From Sphingomonadales bacterium (lineage in GTDB: Bacteria > Pseudomonadota > Alphaproteobacteria > Sphingomonadales > Sphingomonadaceae): DNA of 64,000 nucleotides. Positions 21,601 through 31,232 of the stretch are shown here, in pieces (the stretch's first letter is position 1; each line of letters opens with the position of its first letter). The stretch lies in the NCBI GenBank assembly GCA_028871475.1, contig JAGWMZ010000019.1, positions 16,102 through 80,101 on the forward strand, read 5' to 3'. The notes beneath the pieces are model-generated. The model did not search any database, was not told where the DNA came from, and worked only from the letters and a program-made list of their open reading frames with translations. Position numbers and translations under genes: made by a program.

Positions 21601-21781
21601 CGCCAACGCCCGCATTGCCATCGGCACCAGCGTGATCGGCGGCATGTTGACGGCCACGGTTCTGGCGGTGTTCTTCATTCCGCTGTTCTTCGTCGTCGTG
21701 CGCCTGACGCTGAAGGAACAATGGGCCCAGTGGTTCGGCGGGCACAAACGCCGGGGCGGAATTGCGGAGGCGCAGGCATGA
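18605..21781 (+). CDS. RND multidrug efflux permease (AcrB/MexB family)
   Basis: 1058 aa starting MSRIFIDRPIFAWVIAI, with 12 TM helices and two large periplasmic loops. Classic HAE1 family. Confidence 0.95.
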   Translation: MSRIFIDRPIFAWVIAIITMMIGVGALLNLPVQQFPDIAPPQVNINATYPGASAATLESSVTQIIEQQLTGLDGLLYFSATSSSAGTVGITATFAKGTNPDIAQVQVQNKVQQALSRLPAAVQAQGIRVTKSNPDFLMIAAFYDETDKATNIDVSDFMVSHMQEPIGRIPGVGQTNVFGSQYAMRIWLDPNKLASYALMPSDVISAITAQNAEVAAGEVGAVPSPAGQMLDATVTAQTRLQTPEQFAQIVVKTQPNGANVLLKDVARIELGAETYGVFSRVNGHPGAALAVSLSPGADALATAELVKAEFKRQEHSFPRGYKYAFANDSTRFITKSVHDVVETLIEAIALVVVVMFVFLQSWRATLIPAIAVPVVLLGTFGVFAAFGYSINTLTLFGMVLAIGLLVDDAIVVVENVERLMAENPGMSPRDATIQSMKEISVALVAIALVLSAVFLPMAFFGGSTGVIYRQFSLTIVAAMALSVLVALILSPALTATLLTRPEDENEHSLIGRASHWMRVKFDKYFTGLLDWYHPRAAYVATHKRIPMIAYALSLIALAFLFARLPTGFLPKEDQGFGQLSFQLPSGATVERTQAAQLAIEKYFLEHEPKNVETVLTVAGGGGGGSTGQNAGRGFIAMADWDKRPGEQNTAQAITQRATKALTGFRDVEFYALEPPIVRGLGQSTGFTAELQNTGGMSREQFAQVRDQILADARADTQLANVRLTNLPDQPTLRITTDTAKLATLGLTAASVNATLSTAWGGTYVNDFVDRDRVKRVYVEGDGPFRSRPEDLYAWHVRGSGGQMVPFSTFATATWGKAPTSLLRFNAISSYEFSGQPTPGYSSGDAMNSFAEIAAKYPGVGVSWSGTSYQERLSNGQAPILYGVSLIVVFLCLAALYESWSVPVAVLLVIPLGLIGAIVAVSLRGLQNDVYLQIGLTTTMGLAAKNAILMIEFAEAEVHKGVGILDAALSSARIRLRPILMTSCAFIFGVMPLALAHGAGANARIAIGTSVIGGMLTATVLAVFFIPLFFVVVRLTLKEQWAQWFGGHKRRGGIAEAQA

Positions 21782-23214
21782 TGCGCCCTCCTTGCGTCAT
21801 CGCTTTAGCCTGTGCGCTGGCATCGCAGGCAGCATGGGCAAAGCCGGTCAACACCGGCGGCACCCTGCCCATTCCGACACAGTTTCCAACCGGCCCAGCC
21901 TATCCATCACTGACCAATCAGGCCCCCAGCTATTCCTACCGCGATGCGCTGGCCGATCCACGTCTGTTGACGCTGATTGACCAGGGTCTGACGCATAATC
22001 AGGACATCGCCGCGGCGCTGGCCAACATCGAGGCATCACAGGCACAATTTCACATCGCGCGCGCGGCGCTGTTTCCCGAGTTCGATGCCAGCGCGGGTTG
22101 GGTGCACTCTGGCGGCGACCGGGGCCTTGGCGTTTCAAGCAGCGCGAAAGGCGATGCCTTCAATGCACAGGGCATTGTGTCATCCTATGAACTCGACCTC
22201 TTTGGCCGCCTGCGCGATCTGAGCGACCAGGCCCGCGCCAGCTACCTTGGCACCCAGGCTGCCGCCCAGGCAACCCGGCTCACCCTTGTGGCCAGCATTG
22301 CCACCGGTTGGCTGACCTATGGCGCGGACACCAGCCTCCTCCAGTTGGCACGCGATACGGCAAAATCCGCGCAGGCCAGCGTCGAACTGACCAGGAAACG
22401 CGTCGATGGCGGCATCGCGCCACTGGCAGACTTGCGCAAGGCCGAGATCACCTTGCGGCAGGCACAGGCCGACATCGCCAATCAGACCGCGTTGCAGGCG
22501 CAGGATGTCAATGCGTTGCGCCTGCTTGTCGGGGCCGATATTTCGCCAGCCACGCTGCCGACCAGTCTTGCCGATGCCTCGGGACATCTTTCCACCATTC
22601 CTGCCGGGCTCTCCTCCGATATTCTACTGCGCCGGCCTGATGTGATGCAGGCCGAAGATGCCCTTGCTGCCGCGCAGGCCAATGCGGCCGCGGCACGCGC
22701 CGCACTCTTTCCCAGGATCACCCTGACCGGCCTGCTCGGGACAGCCTCCACGGCGCTGGCCAATCTGTTCACCGGCGGCACCTTTGCCTGGGCCGGTGGC
22801 AGCACGATCAGCTATCCCATCTTTCGTGCCGGCGCCGCCAAGGCCACCGCTCGGCAGGCCGAGGCACAGCAACGCGCTTCGCTCGCCGCCTATCGCAAAT
22901 CCGTTCAGGCGGCCTTTTCCGACGTCGCCAATGTTTTGGCCCGGCGCGGCACCATCGCCGATCAGCTCGCCGCCAGCACGGCGGCGCGTGATGCGGCCCG
23001 TGAAAACTATGATCTGACCAGTCAACGCTATCGCGGCGGTATCAATCCCTATCTCGATGTTCTCTCGGCCGAGCAGACGCTCTACAGCTCGGAAAAGACG
23101 TTGATTGCCACGGTGCTGGCCGATGGCGTCAACCGCGTTTCGCTGTATCGCGCGCTGGGTGGTGACCGGCTCGATGGGCCCGGCCTGCCCCGACCGGTGC
23201 GCGATGGCGGTTGA
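21778..23214 (+). CDS. efflux outer-membrane factor lipoprotein (NodT/OprM family)
   Basis: ATG at 21778 overlaps the permease stop (ATGA). Duplicated OEP repeats. Third gene of the efflux operon. Confidence 0.88.
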   Translation: MMRPPCVIALACALASQAAWAKPVNTGGTLPIPTQFPTGPAYPSLTNQAPSYSYRDALADPRLLTLIDQGLTHNQDIAAALANIEASQAQFHIARAALFPEFDASAGWVHSGGDRGLGVSSSAKGDAFNAQGIVSSYELDLFGRLRDLSDQARASYLGTQAAAQATRLTLVASIATGWLTYGADTSLLQLARDTAKSAQASVELTRKRVDGGIAPLADLRKAEITLRQAQADIANQTALQAQDVNALRLLVGADISPATLPTSLADASGHLSTIPAGLSSDILLRRPDVMQAEDALAAAQANAAAARAALFPRITLTGLLGTASTALANLFTGGTFAWAGGSTISYPIFRAGAAKATARQAEAQQRASLAAYRKSVQAAFSDVANVLARRGTIADQLAASTAARDAARENYDLTSQRYRGGINPYLDVLSAEQTLYSSEKTLIATVLADGVNRVSLYRALGGDRLDGPGLPRPVRDGG

Positions 23215-23301
23215 GAGGCGCGCAGCCTCTTGGCTTTTGCGGCCATCGGGGCCATAGGGACGCGCGATTCCCTTTTAGCCGACCAGAAAGGCCTTGCCCC
23301 C

Positions 23302-23538
23302 ATGAAAGTGCGCGTTTTCGTCAGCCTCAAGAACGGCGTGCTCGATCCACAGGGCCGCGCCATCCATCATGCCATCGAAGGGCTGGGCTTTTCGGGCGTG
23401 GCCGATGTGCGCGCCGGCCGCATGATCGAGCTGGAGGTTGACGACACCGTCACCGACGCGGCGCTCGACCAGATGGCGCAGAAGCTGCTCGCCAATATGG
23501 TGATCGAGAACTACTCGATCGAGCGGGTGGCGGCATGA
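23302..23538 (+). CDS. purS: phosphoribosylformylglycinamidine synthase subunit PurS
   Basis: Starts [18 protein letters not shown], a typical PurS N-terminus. 78 aa. Overlaps purQ by 4 nt. Confidence 0.9.
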   Translation: MKVRVFVSLKNGVLDPQGRAIHHAIEGLGFSGVADVRAGRMIELEVDDTVTDAALDQMAQKLLANMVIENYSIERVAA

Positions 23539-24212
23539 CCTTCCGCTCGGCTGTCATCACCTTTCCGGGTTCGAACTGCGACCGCGACATGGCGGTGGCG
23601 GTCGAGCAGGTCTGCGGCGGCGACGTCCATCGCGTGTGGCACGGCGATGCCAACCTGCCCGAGGGCCTTGATTTCATCGCCCTGCCCGGCGGTTTTTCCT
23701 ATGGCGACTATCTGCGCAGCGGCGCCATGGCGGCCCGCAGTCCGGTGATGCAGGCGGTGATTGCCGCGGCCAACCGCGGTGTGGCCGTGCTGGGCGTCTG
23801 CAACGGCTTTCAGGTGTTGACCGAGGCCGGCCTGCTGCCCGGCGCGTTGATGCGCAATGCCGGCATCCGCTTCGTCTGCCGCGAGGTGGCCCTGCAGGTC
23901 GAGAACAACACCTCGATCTTCACCAACCGCTACTTCAAGGATCAGCGGATCACGGTTCCCGTGGCGCATCACGACGGCAATTTCTTTGCCGACGAGGCCA
24001 CGCTCGACCGTCTGGAGGGCGAAGGCCAGATCGCCTTCCGCTATGCCGAGGAGGTCAATGGTTCGGTACGCAACATCGCGGGCGTGCTCAACGCGAAGGG
24101 CAATGTGCTGGGCATGATGCCTCACCCGGAGCGTCACATCGAAAAGGCGCAAGGCGGCATTGATGGTCGCGCGCTGTTCGAAAGCGTGGTGCGTTCGCTG
24201 GTTTCGGCCTGA
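23535..24212 (+). CDS. purQ: phosphoribosylformylglycinamidine synthase, glutamine amidotransferase subunit PurQ
   Basis: Has the GFSYGDYL motif, the catalytic Cys in GVCNGFQ and MPHPER near the C-terminus. Confidence 0.95.
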   Translation: MTFRSAVITFPGSNCDRDMAVAVEQVCGGDVHRVWHGDANLPEGLDFIALPGGFSYGDYLRSGAMAARSPVMQAVIAAANRGVAVLGVCNGFQVLTEAGLLPGALMRNAGIRFVCREVALQVENNTSIFTNRYFKDQRITVPVAHHDGNFFADEATLDRLEGEGQIAFRYAEEVNGSVRNIAGVLNAKGNVLGMMPHPERHIEKAQGGIDGRALFESVVRSLVSA

Positions 24213-24233
24213 TCGCATCACCCTGTCATCAGA

Positions 24234-24270
24234 AAGGCCCGGCGGATCTGATCCGGCCGGGCCTTTTTGC
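24234..24270. terminator. bidirectional intrinsic terminator hairpin between purQ and the GGDEF-EAL gene
   Basis: AGGCCCGGCGGATC...GATCCGGCCGGGCCT forms a stem with one bulge. It is flanked by AAA on one side and TTTTT on the other. Confidence 0.6.
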
Positions 24271-24275
24271 ATCGG

Positions 24276-26696
24276 TCAAACTTGACGTGCCCGCCGGTTC
24301 TCGCGGGCGAAAAGGCGGTTGATGGCCACGCTGTCCATGGGCCGGCCAAAGAAATAACCCTGCACCCGCGTGCAGCCCAGTTCGCGCATCAAGGCCAGCT
24401 CCTCGGCTGTCTCTACCCCTTCCGCGACGATGCCCATCTCGAGCCCCTGCGCCATGGCCACGACCGCGCGGATGGTGGCAAGACTCTCCACATTGCCCGA
24501 CAGCGCGCCTTTGACGAAACCGCGATCGACCTTGATGGAAGAGAACTGGAGCTTGCGCAGATAGTCCAGCGAGGAATGACCCGATCCGAAATCATCCAGG
24601 CTGACGGTGCAACCCAGGGCGAGAATGCGCTCCAATGTGGCCCGGATCGCATCGGGGTCACGCTTGAAGATGCTCTCGGTGACTTCAATGTCGAGGCGTT
24701 GTGGAGCCAGCCCTGACACCGCCAAAGCCTGCACCACACTGTCGACGAAATCCGCCCCCATAACCTGACGCGGTGTCACATTGACGCCGATCCGCGCCGG
24801 ACCGGGCCAGCCCGCAGCCTCGCGCGCCGCGGCGTTGAGCACCCATTGGCCGAGCGGCAGGATCAACCCCGTTTCTTCTGCCAGTGGAACGAACTGATCG
24901 GGCCCCAGTAGCCCCTGGGTAGGGTTCTGCCATCGCACCAGCGCCTCGAAGCCGACGACCCGTTCACTGACAAGATCGACAACGGGCTGATATTGAAGGT
25001 GGAACTGCTCGCGCTCCAGAGCCGTGCGCAGGGCATCTTCCTGCCTCTCCCGCTCCCGCACCCGCGCCTGCAGGCTTGCATCATAGGGACTATGGATGCC
25101 GCGTCCGCTGCCTTTTGACCGGTACAGAGCGAGATCGGCGTTGCGCATCATCTCTTCCACGCTGCGCCCGTCGCGCGGGCCCATGGCCGAACCGATGCTG
25201 GCCCCGATCTGCAACTCGTTGGACCCCACCGTGAAGGGTTGCGAGATGCTGTCGATGACCGCATCGGCCAGTGTGGCGATCCGCCCGCTGTCGGCGCCAT
25301 CGGTCAGCACAATGGCGAACTCGTCACCGCCAAGGCGGCCAACCATTTCGCTGGACCTTGTCAAGCCGCGCAGGCGCTGTGCCACCTGTGCCAGCAAGGC
25401 ATCGCCCACCGGATGGCCCAGCGTATCGTTGACGGCCTTGAACCGATCGAGGTCGATCATCATCAGCGCGCAATTGCCGTTCCATTTGCCCGCGCGCGCA
25501 AGGGCATCGCCCAGGGCCTCGGTCACCATCATGCGGTTGGGCAGGCCTGTGAGCGTGTCATAGCGCGCCAGATAGGCAATCCGTTCGGCAGTCTCGCGTT
25601 GCTCGGTGACGTCGGAGGCGACGCCGTGAAAGCCTTCGAACCCACCTGCCGCATCCCAACGCGGCGCGCCGGACATCTCCCACCAGCGCAATCGGCCCAT
25701 GACGTGAACGCGCACCGCAAGCCCGGCAAAGCCCTCTCTGCCCCGCAATCGCGCGACCAATTCCCGCAAGGACGGATGAACATCGCCGGTCTCCCACCCA
25801 GGGCCGGCGATCAGTTGAAAGAGACTTTGTCCCTCGGCATCTTCCGGCGGCAGCCCAATCGCATCGGCGAAGCGGCGGCCAGGCTTGGAAACCCGATGCC
25901 GCGCGTCGAGTGTCCACAGCCAGTCCGCGCCCTCATCCTCTGATTCGCGCAGCAGCAGGCTGACCACCTCGTTGCGTTCGGCAACGCTGGCCACCGCCAT
26001 GCGCGAGAGTAAAAACTGGCGTGCGGATTCCACCGTTCCCAATGCGATGCAGGCGATGAACAGCCCCGCAACGCCGGCCATGGCCATATAGCCGCCGCCG
26101 ACAAAAGACCCAATGGCCGCTCCCCCCACGATGGCTGAAAACAGCAAGGTGGCCATCGGCACGGTGGGAATGACCACTGCGGACACGGTCATCAGCATGG
26201 CCAGGACGGTCCATATTTCGAAATGAGCCTGCCGTGGGCCATAGGGCACGAAAACCCACAAAACCGCGCTCCACACCAAAGCATTGACCACCACCGCCAC
26301 CGCCTGAAACAGGAACTCATAGGCGGTCACCTGCCGAACCTCGGCATTGGCGAGATTGCGGTCACCCAGCATCATGAAGAGCAGCGATGTGACAAGGGCC
26401 AGACACCAGATCGCCATTTGGTCCATGCCCAGCAACGGGGCATAGAGTGCAACGACGACAAGCGCGGCAAGGGCCTGGGTCAGCAGGCGGGTCCGGCTGA
26501 CCTTGGCCAGTTGGGCATATTGAAAACCGCGCAGCCGCGCAGCGTCCTGCGAGCCGAGACCCTTCAACCCCAGCACCATCAAGGTGCTGAGTTCGCCTGT
26601 TGTGGTCGGTGCAACATAGCCTTTCATTCCTGCAGTGTAGCGGGCAATGATTGGCACACCGTAAAGATACTGAAATTGATGGATATTAATCATCAA
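24276..26696 (-). CDS. membrane-anchored PAS-GGDEF-EAL signalling protein (c-di-GMP turnover)
   Basis: Multi-TM N-terminal half, GGDEF motif (RLGGDEFAI) and EAL domain (EALVRW, DDFGSGHSSL). The true start may be an internal Met near 26627. Confidence 0.9.
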   Translation of the reverse strand: MMINIHQFQYLYGVPIIARYTAGMKGYVAPTTTGELSTLMVLGLKGLGSQDAARLRGFQYAQLAKVSRTRLLTQALAALVVVALYAPLLGMDQMAIWCLALVTSLLFMMLGDRNLANAEVRQVTAYEFLFQAVAVVVNALVWSAVLWVFVPYGPRQAHFEIWTVLAMLMTVSAVVIPTVPMATLLFSAIVGGAAIGSFVGGGYMAMAGVAGLFIACIALGTVESARQFLLSRMAVASVAERNEVVSLLLRESEDEGADWLWTLDARHRVSKPGRRFADAIGLPPEDAEGQSLFQLIAGPGWETGDVHPSLRELVARLRGREGFAGLAVRVHVMGRLRWWEMSGAPRWDAAGGFEGFHGVASDVTEQRETAERIAYLARYDTLTGLPNRMMVTEALGDALARAGKWNGNCALMMIDLDRFKAVNDTLGHPVGDALLAQVAQRLRGLTRSSEMVGRLGGDEFAIVLTDGADSGRIATLADAVIDSISQPFTVGSNELQIGASIGSAMGPRDGRSVEEMMRNADLALYRSKGSGRGIHSPYDASLQARVRERERQEDALRTALEREQFHLQYQPVVDLVSERVVGFEALVRWQNPTQGLLGPDQFVPLAEETGLILPLGQWVLNAAAREAAGWPGPARIGVNVTPRQVMGADFVDSVVQALAVSGLAPQRLDIEVTESIFKRDPDAIRATLERILALGCTVSLDDFGSGHSSLDYLRKLQFSSIKVDRGFVKGALSGNVESLATIRAVVAMAQGLEMGIVAEGVETAEELALMRELGCTRVQGYFFGRPMDSVAINRLFARENRRARQV

Positions 26697-26809
26697 GCAG
26701 CTGGAGTCAGGAAAAACACCTTATTTGTCAGCAGTTTGCTTCATTAAGGCGATTATCATCCGAGCCTTCGCCGGTCAGCAGGCCCAGCCCGCACACCGGC
26801 GACGTTAAC

Positions 26810-28633
26810 TCACTCCACCGTCACGGATTTTGCCAGATTGCGTGGCTGATCCACATCCGTTCCCTTCACGCAGGCCACATGATAGGCCAGCAATTGCACC
26901 GGCACGGCATAGACCAGCGGCGCGATCAGCGGATGAACCTTGGGCATCTCGATCGTGGCGATGCACCCCTCGCCCGCCTCGGCCAGACCTTCCGCATCCG
27001 AGATCAGCACGATCTTGCCGCCGCGCGCCCGCACTTCCTGCATGTTGCTGACCGTCTTTTCAAAGAGTGGCCCGCTCGGCGCCAGAACGATCACCGGCAC
27101 ATTTTCGTCGATCAGCGCGATGGGGCCATGCTTCATTTCACCAGCCGCATAACCTTCGGCATGTATATAGCTGATTTCCTTGAGTTTTAGGGCGCCCTCA
27201 AGCGCCAGCGGATAGTCCTGACCACGGCCCAGATACAGCACATCACGGGCCGGGGCGATGAGATGCGCCATGCTGGCGATCGCCTCATCATAGGCCAGGG
27301 CGGCATTGAGCGCGGCAGGCGTTTCCACCAGCTGATGCACCACATGGCGCTCCTCCTCGCGTGTCATGCGACCACGCTTGACCGCCAGATGCGCGGCAAG
27401 GGCGGCGAGCACCGCAAGCTGACAGGTGAACGCCTTGGTTGAGGCCACCCCGATTTCCGGGCCCGCATGGGTGGGAAGCAGCAGGTCTGCCTCACGCGCC
27501 ATCGAGCTGGTTGGCACATTGACCACGACCGCGATCGTTTGCCCATGCGCCTTGCAATGGCGCAGGGCCGCCAGCGTATCAGCCGTCTCACCGGATTGGC
27601 TGATGAAAATGGCCAGACCGCCCGGCTCCAGCACCGGGTCACGGTAACGGAATTCGCTGGCCACGTCGATGTCGACCGGCAGGCGGGCAAAGGCCTCGAA
27701 CCAGTATTTGGCGACGAGACCCGCGTAATAGGAGGTTCCGCAGGCCACGATCGTCACCCGGCGGATGGCGGAAAGGTCGAAGTCAATCTGCGGCAAGGCA
27801 ACGCTCTCATCGACCTGCCGCACATAGGAGCGCAGCGTCTGCGCCACCACCGTGGGCTGGTCGAAAATTTCCTTCTGCATGAAGTGGCGATAATTGCCCT
27901 TCTCGACCGCTGCGGCCGAGGCGCCGCTCGCCACGATGGGGCGGGTAACGGCATGGTTATCCTTGTCGAAGATCTGCGAGCCATCCCGGGTAATGATGAC
28001 CCAGTCGCCCTCTTCGAGGTAGCAGATCCGCTGTGTCAGCGGCGCCAGCGCCAGCGCATCGGAACCCAGATAGGTCTCACCCTCGCCGTAGCCCACCACC
28101 AGCGGCGAGCCCAGACGCGCGCCGATCAGCATGTCGGGGAATTGGCGGAAGGCGATGGCCAGCGCAAACGCACCGCGCAGTTGCGGCAGCGACTGCTTCA
28201 CCGCATCGACAGGCGAAAGCCCCGCCTCAACCTTGGCCGAGATCAGATGGGCGACCACCTCCGTATCGGTTTGCGATTCAAACTGGCGACCCTGGGCCTC
28301 CAGCTCTTCGCGCAGGCTCCGGAAGTTTTCGATAATGCCGTTATGGACCAGCGCCAGAACCGACGTCGCATGCGGATGGGCATTGGCTGCCGTCGGCGCG
28401 CCATGGGTGGCCCAGCGCGTGTGGGCGATGCCCGTCTGGCCCGGCGCGGGATTGACGGCCAGCTCCTTCACCAGATTGTTCAGCTTGCCTGGCGCGCGGC
28501 GGCGGATCAGCTCTCCATCATGGATGGTGCAGACACCGGCCGAATCATAGCCACGATATTCCATCCGCCGCAGACCATCGACCAGACGATCCGCCACTTC
28601 CTCTTTGCCCACGATGCCAATGATGCCGCACAT
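26810..28633 (-). CDS. glmS: glutamine--fructose-6-phosphate aminotransferase
   Basis: Starts MCGIIGIV (N-terminal nucleophile Cys) at the ATG verified at 28633. Ends ...NLAKSVTVE. Two SIS domains. Confidence 0.95.
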   Translation of the reverse strand: MCGIIGIVGKEEVADRLVDGLRRMEYRGYDSAGVCTIHDGELIRRRAPGKLNNLVKELAVNPAPGQTGIAHTRWATHGAPTAANAHPHATSVLALVHNGIIENFRSLREELEAQGRQFESQTDTEVVAHLISAKVEAGLSPVDAVKQSLPQLRGAFALAIAFRQFPDMLIGARLGSPLVVGYGEGETYLGSDALALAPLTQRICYLEEGDWVIITRDGSQIFDKDNHAVTRPIVASGASAAAVEKGNYRHFMQKEIFDQPTVVAQTLRSYVRQVDESVALPQIDFDLSAIRRVTIVACGTSYYAGLVAKYWFEAFARLPVDIDVASEFRYRDPVLEPGGLAIFISQSGETADTLAALRHCKAHGQTIAVVVNVPTSSMAREADLLLPTHAGPEIGVASTKAFTCQLAVLAALAAHLAVKRGRMTREEERHVVHQLVETPAALNAALAYDEAIASMAHLIAPARDVLYLGRGQDYPLALEGALKLKEISYIHAEGYAAGEMKHGPIALIDENVPVIVLAPSGPLFEKTVSNMQEVRARGGKIVLISDAEGLAEAGEGCIATIEMPKVHPLIAPLVYAVPVQLLAYHVACVKGTDVDQPRNLAKSVTVE

Positions 28634-28721
28634 GCGCCTCAATATCCCTGTTCTGCCTGCCCGGCCTTGCGAGCCGGAGCCTGATAATCCTGACTGGCTT
28701 TCCGCCAGATGAAGCGTCTCA

Positions 28722-30104
28722 TCAGCCCTTCTTGGGCAATTTTTCCGCCTTTTTCTTCCGCATGAGATCATGGAACTGGTCGGCCCAGCCCGGCTTCACC
28801 ATCTGCTCGGCACGGACCATGCGCAATTCGCCCGGCGCCACGTCGCGTGTCACCGCGCTGCCCGCCGCCACGATGGCGTCCGCACCAATGGTGATGGGAG
28901 CGATCAGCGAGGAATTCGAACCGATAAAAGCCCGTTCGCCGATGATGGTTCTGTGTTTGAAATAGCCGTTGTAGTTGCAGGTGATCGTCCCCGCGCCCAG
29001 ATTGGCCCCCGCACCCACTTCGGCATCGCCGACATAGGTCAGGTGGTTGGCCTTGGCGCCTTCGCCCATCACAGCGTTCTTGATCTCGACGAAATTGCCG
29101 ACCTTGGCCTTTTCTCGAATATCGGCGCCCGGGCGCAAGCGCGCATAGGGCCCGATGTCAGCCCGTGAGGCGACCGTCGCGCCTTCCAGATGCGAAAAGG
29201 CATGGATCGTGACGTGATCGGCCACCCGAACGCCCGGCCCGAAGATGACATTCGGCTCAACCACGACATCGCGACCAATCACCGTATCCCAGCTGAACCA
29301 CACCGTGTCGGGCGCCACCAGCGTGGCGCCATCGGCCATGGCCTGAACCCGCCGCCGCGCCTGCCAGCGCGCCTCTGCCTGCGCCAGCTCACCGCGACTG
29401 TTGATACCGGCCACCTCATCGGCATCATCGGTCACCACCACGGCGCAGATGCGGCCATCGGCATTGGCGATGTTGACGATGTCGGTAAGGTAATATTCGC
29501 CCTGCGCATTGTCATTGCCGACACGCGCCAGCAAATCCCACAAGTCCGCCGATTTCACCGCCATCAGCCCCGAATTGCAGAGGCGACAGGCACGCTCGTC
29601 CTCGGTCGCATCCTTGTGCTCGACCATCTTCTCGATGCGGCCATGGCTGGCGATAATGCGGCCATACTGCAAAGCGTCCTCAGGCTCGAAACCCAGCACC
29701 ACCACCGCCGGATTGTCCGCCGCGTTCAACCGCGCCAGCATGGCCCGCATCGTCGCCGCGCGCACAAAGGGCACATCGCCATAAAGGATCAGCACATCGC
29801 CGGAAAAGTCCGCAAGGGCCTGCTGTGCCATCTGTACCGCGTGCCCCGTGCCCAATTGCGGTTCCTGCAGCGCGATGTCTGCCCGGCCTCCCAGCGCCTT
29901 TTCCAGCTGATCACGCCCGTGCCCTGCCACCACCACCTGACGGCTCGGCGCAAGCTCGTGTGCGCTGGCCAGCAGATGGTCGAGCATGGAGCGCCCGGCG
30001 ATGCAATGCAGCACCTTGTGCGTATCGCTTTTCATGCGGGTGCCCTTGCCGGCGGCAAGAATGACGGTGGCCAAAGGGGCGGAAGGATTGGCGGTGTCGG
30101 TCAT
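28722..30104 (-). CDS. glmU: bifunctional UDP-N-acetylglucosamine pyrophosphorylase / GlcN-1-P N-acetyltransferase
   Basis: Has LAAGKGTRM, a left-handed beta-helix hexapeptide C-terminal half, and sits upstream of glmS. ATG verified at 30104. Confidence 0.95.
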   Translation of the reverse strand: MTDTANPSAPLATVILAAGKGTRMKSDTHKVLHCIAGRSMLDHLLASAHELAPSRQVVVAGHGRDQLEKALGGRADIALQEPQLGTGHAVQMAQQALADFSGDVLILYGDVPFVRAATMRAMLARLNAADNPAVVVLGFEPEDALQYGRIIASHGRIEKMVEHKDATEDERACRLCNSGLMAVKSADLWDLLARVGNDNAQGEYYLTDIVNIANADGRICAVVVTDDADEVAGINSRGELAQAEARWQARRRVQAMADGATLVAPDTVWFSWDTVIGRDVVVEPNVIFGPGVRVADHVTIHAFSHLEGATVASRADIGPYARLRPGADIREKAKVGNFVEIKNAVMGEGAKANHLTYVGDAEVGAGANLGAGTITCNYNGYFKHRTIIGERAFIGSNSSLIAPITIGADAIVAAGSAVTRDVAPGELRMVRAEQMVKPGWADQFHDLMRKKKAEKLPKKG

Positions 30105-30166
30105 GATTTGCTCCTGTGCCACCAAATGGTTGCGGATTCCATAGAGAGCAGGCACAGAACCGCGCC

Positions 30167-30868
30167 ATGAATGCAGTTACCCCCATCCCCTTCGATCTGG
30201 TCGGCTTTGACCTTGACGGCACCCTTGTCGACAGCGCGGGCGATCTGGGCGCCGCGCTCAACCACGCGCTGGTGCTGGCCGGGCGGAGCCCCGTATCGCT
30301 GGAGGCGGCGCGAAGCTATGTCGGCGGCGGTACGAGGGTGATGCTGGAACGTGCGCTGGCGGCCAATGGCGGCCCTTTACCCGACGACAGGTTTGAGGCC
30401 CTGCTGCCACAACTGGTCGATTATTATGCCGCCCATATCGCCGTGCATTCCACCCTTTATCCAGGCGTGACCGATATGTTGCAGGGTCTGGCGGATGCGG
30501 GGATCAAGCTGGCACTCGTCACCAACAAGCTGGAACGTCTGGCGGTCAAATTGCTGGAAGAGCTTGAGCTGTCGCCGCATTTCTACACGATCATCGGCGG
30601 GGACACGCTGGGTCATGGCAGGGCCAAACCGGCGCCCGACCTGCTGCGGCTGATGATGGAGCGCTCCGGCCTTCCTGCGCCATGCGCCGCCTATGTCGGC
30701 GATACGGTGTATGATTCAAAAGCTGCGCAGGCCGCGGGATTGCCCGTCGTGCTGGTCGATTTCGGATTTTCGCAGGTGGATGTCGGCACGCTTGGCGCCA
30801 ACGCCGTCATCAGCCATTTCGACCAGTTGATGCCTGCCTTGGCGAGGATCGAACGGATCGGCGCCTAA
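30167..30868 (+). CDS. gph: HAD-superfamily phosphoglycolate phosphatase-like hydrolase
   Basis: HAD motif I (FDLDGTLVDS), VTNK and the GD..D motifs. Confidence 0.75.
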   Translation: MNAVTPIPFDLVGFDLDGTLVDSAGDLGAALNHALVLAGRSPVSLEAARSYVGGGTRVMLERALAANGGPLPDDRFEALLPQLVDYYAAHIAVHSTLYPGVTDMLQGLADAGIKLALVTNKLERLAVKLLEELELSPHFYTIIGGDTLGHGRAKPAPDLLRLMMERSGLPAPCAAYVGDTVYDSKAAQAAGLPVVLVDFGFSQVDVGTLGANAVISHFDQLMPALARIERIGA

Positions 30869-31224
30869 CTGTCCACGGCCTTCATCAGTCGCCGCTCGAT
30901 CGGACTGAGCACACTGGCCAGCTCATGGCCACGTTTGAGCACCTGGCCATTCTCGCCAAGCAGGCTCCACATGCCCTGTTTGCCGCGCAAGGCCGGGCAT
31001 TTTTCAATGCGCGCCTGCGGCCTTTCCGCCGTGCGTTGAAAAGCGCTGAAACTGGCGGCTTCCCTGGTGAAATTCATCGCATAATCGCGCCAGAAACCGG
31101 CTGCGACCATTCGCCCATAAAGGTCAAGGATGCGCGTCAGTTCAAGCCGGTCGAAACTGACCTGCGGGACGGCGCGCGGAAAGGCGATGATGGTCGAGGC
31201 GGGATTGGTCCCTTTCGGCTCCAT
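30865..31224 (-). CDS. conserved alphaproteobacterial hypothetical protein (DUF2794-like)
   Basis: 119 aa with good coding bias. The family assignment is from memory of similar small proteins and is unverified. Confidence 0.5.
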   Translation of the reverse strand: MEPKGTNPASTIIAFPRAVPQVSFDRLELTRILDLYGRMVAAGFWRDYAMNFTREAASFSAFQRTAERPQARIEKCPALRGKQGMWSLLGENGQVLKRGHELASVLSPIERRLMKAVDS

Positions 31225-31232
31225 CCCCGCCG

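Noticed and set aside
19991-21745. 584-aa minus-strand ORF. The 358-aa ORF at 18608-19684 is a similar case.
   Set aside because: Both are antisense to the AcrB-type permease.
27467-28684. 405-aa plus-strand ORF.
   Set aside because: It is antisense to glmS.
28634-28721. A possible glmS ribozyme in the glmU-glmS spacer.
   Set aside because: The spacer is only 88 nt with no ribozyme-like core, and the ribozyme is a Gram-positive feature.
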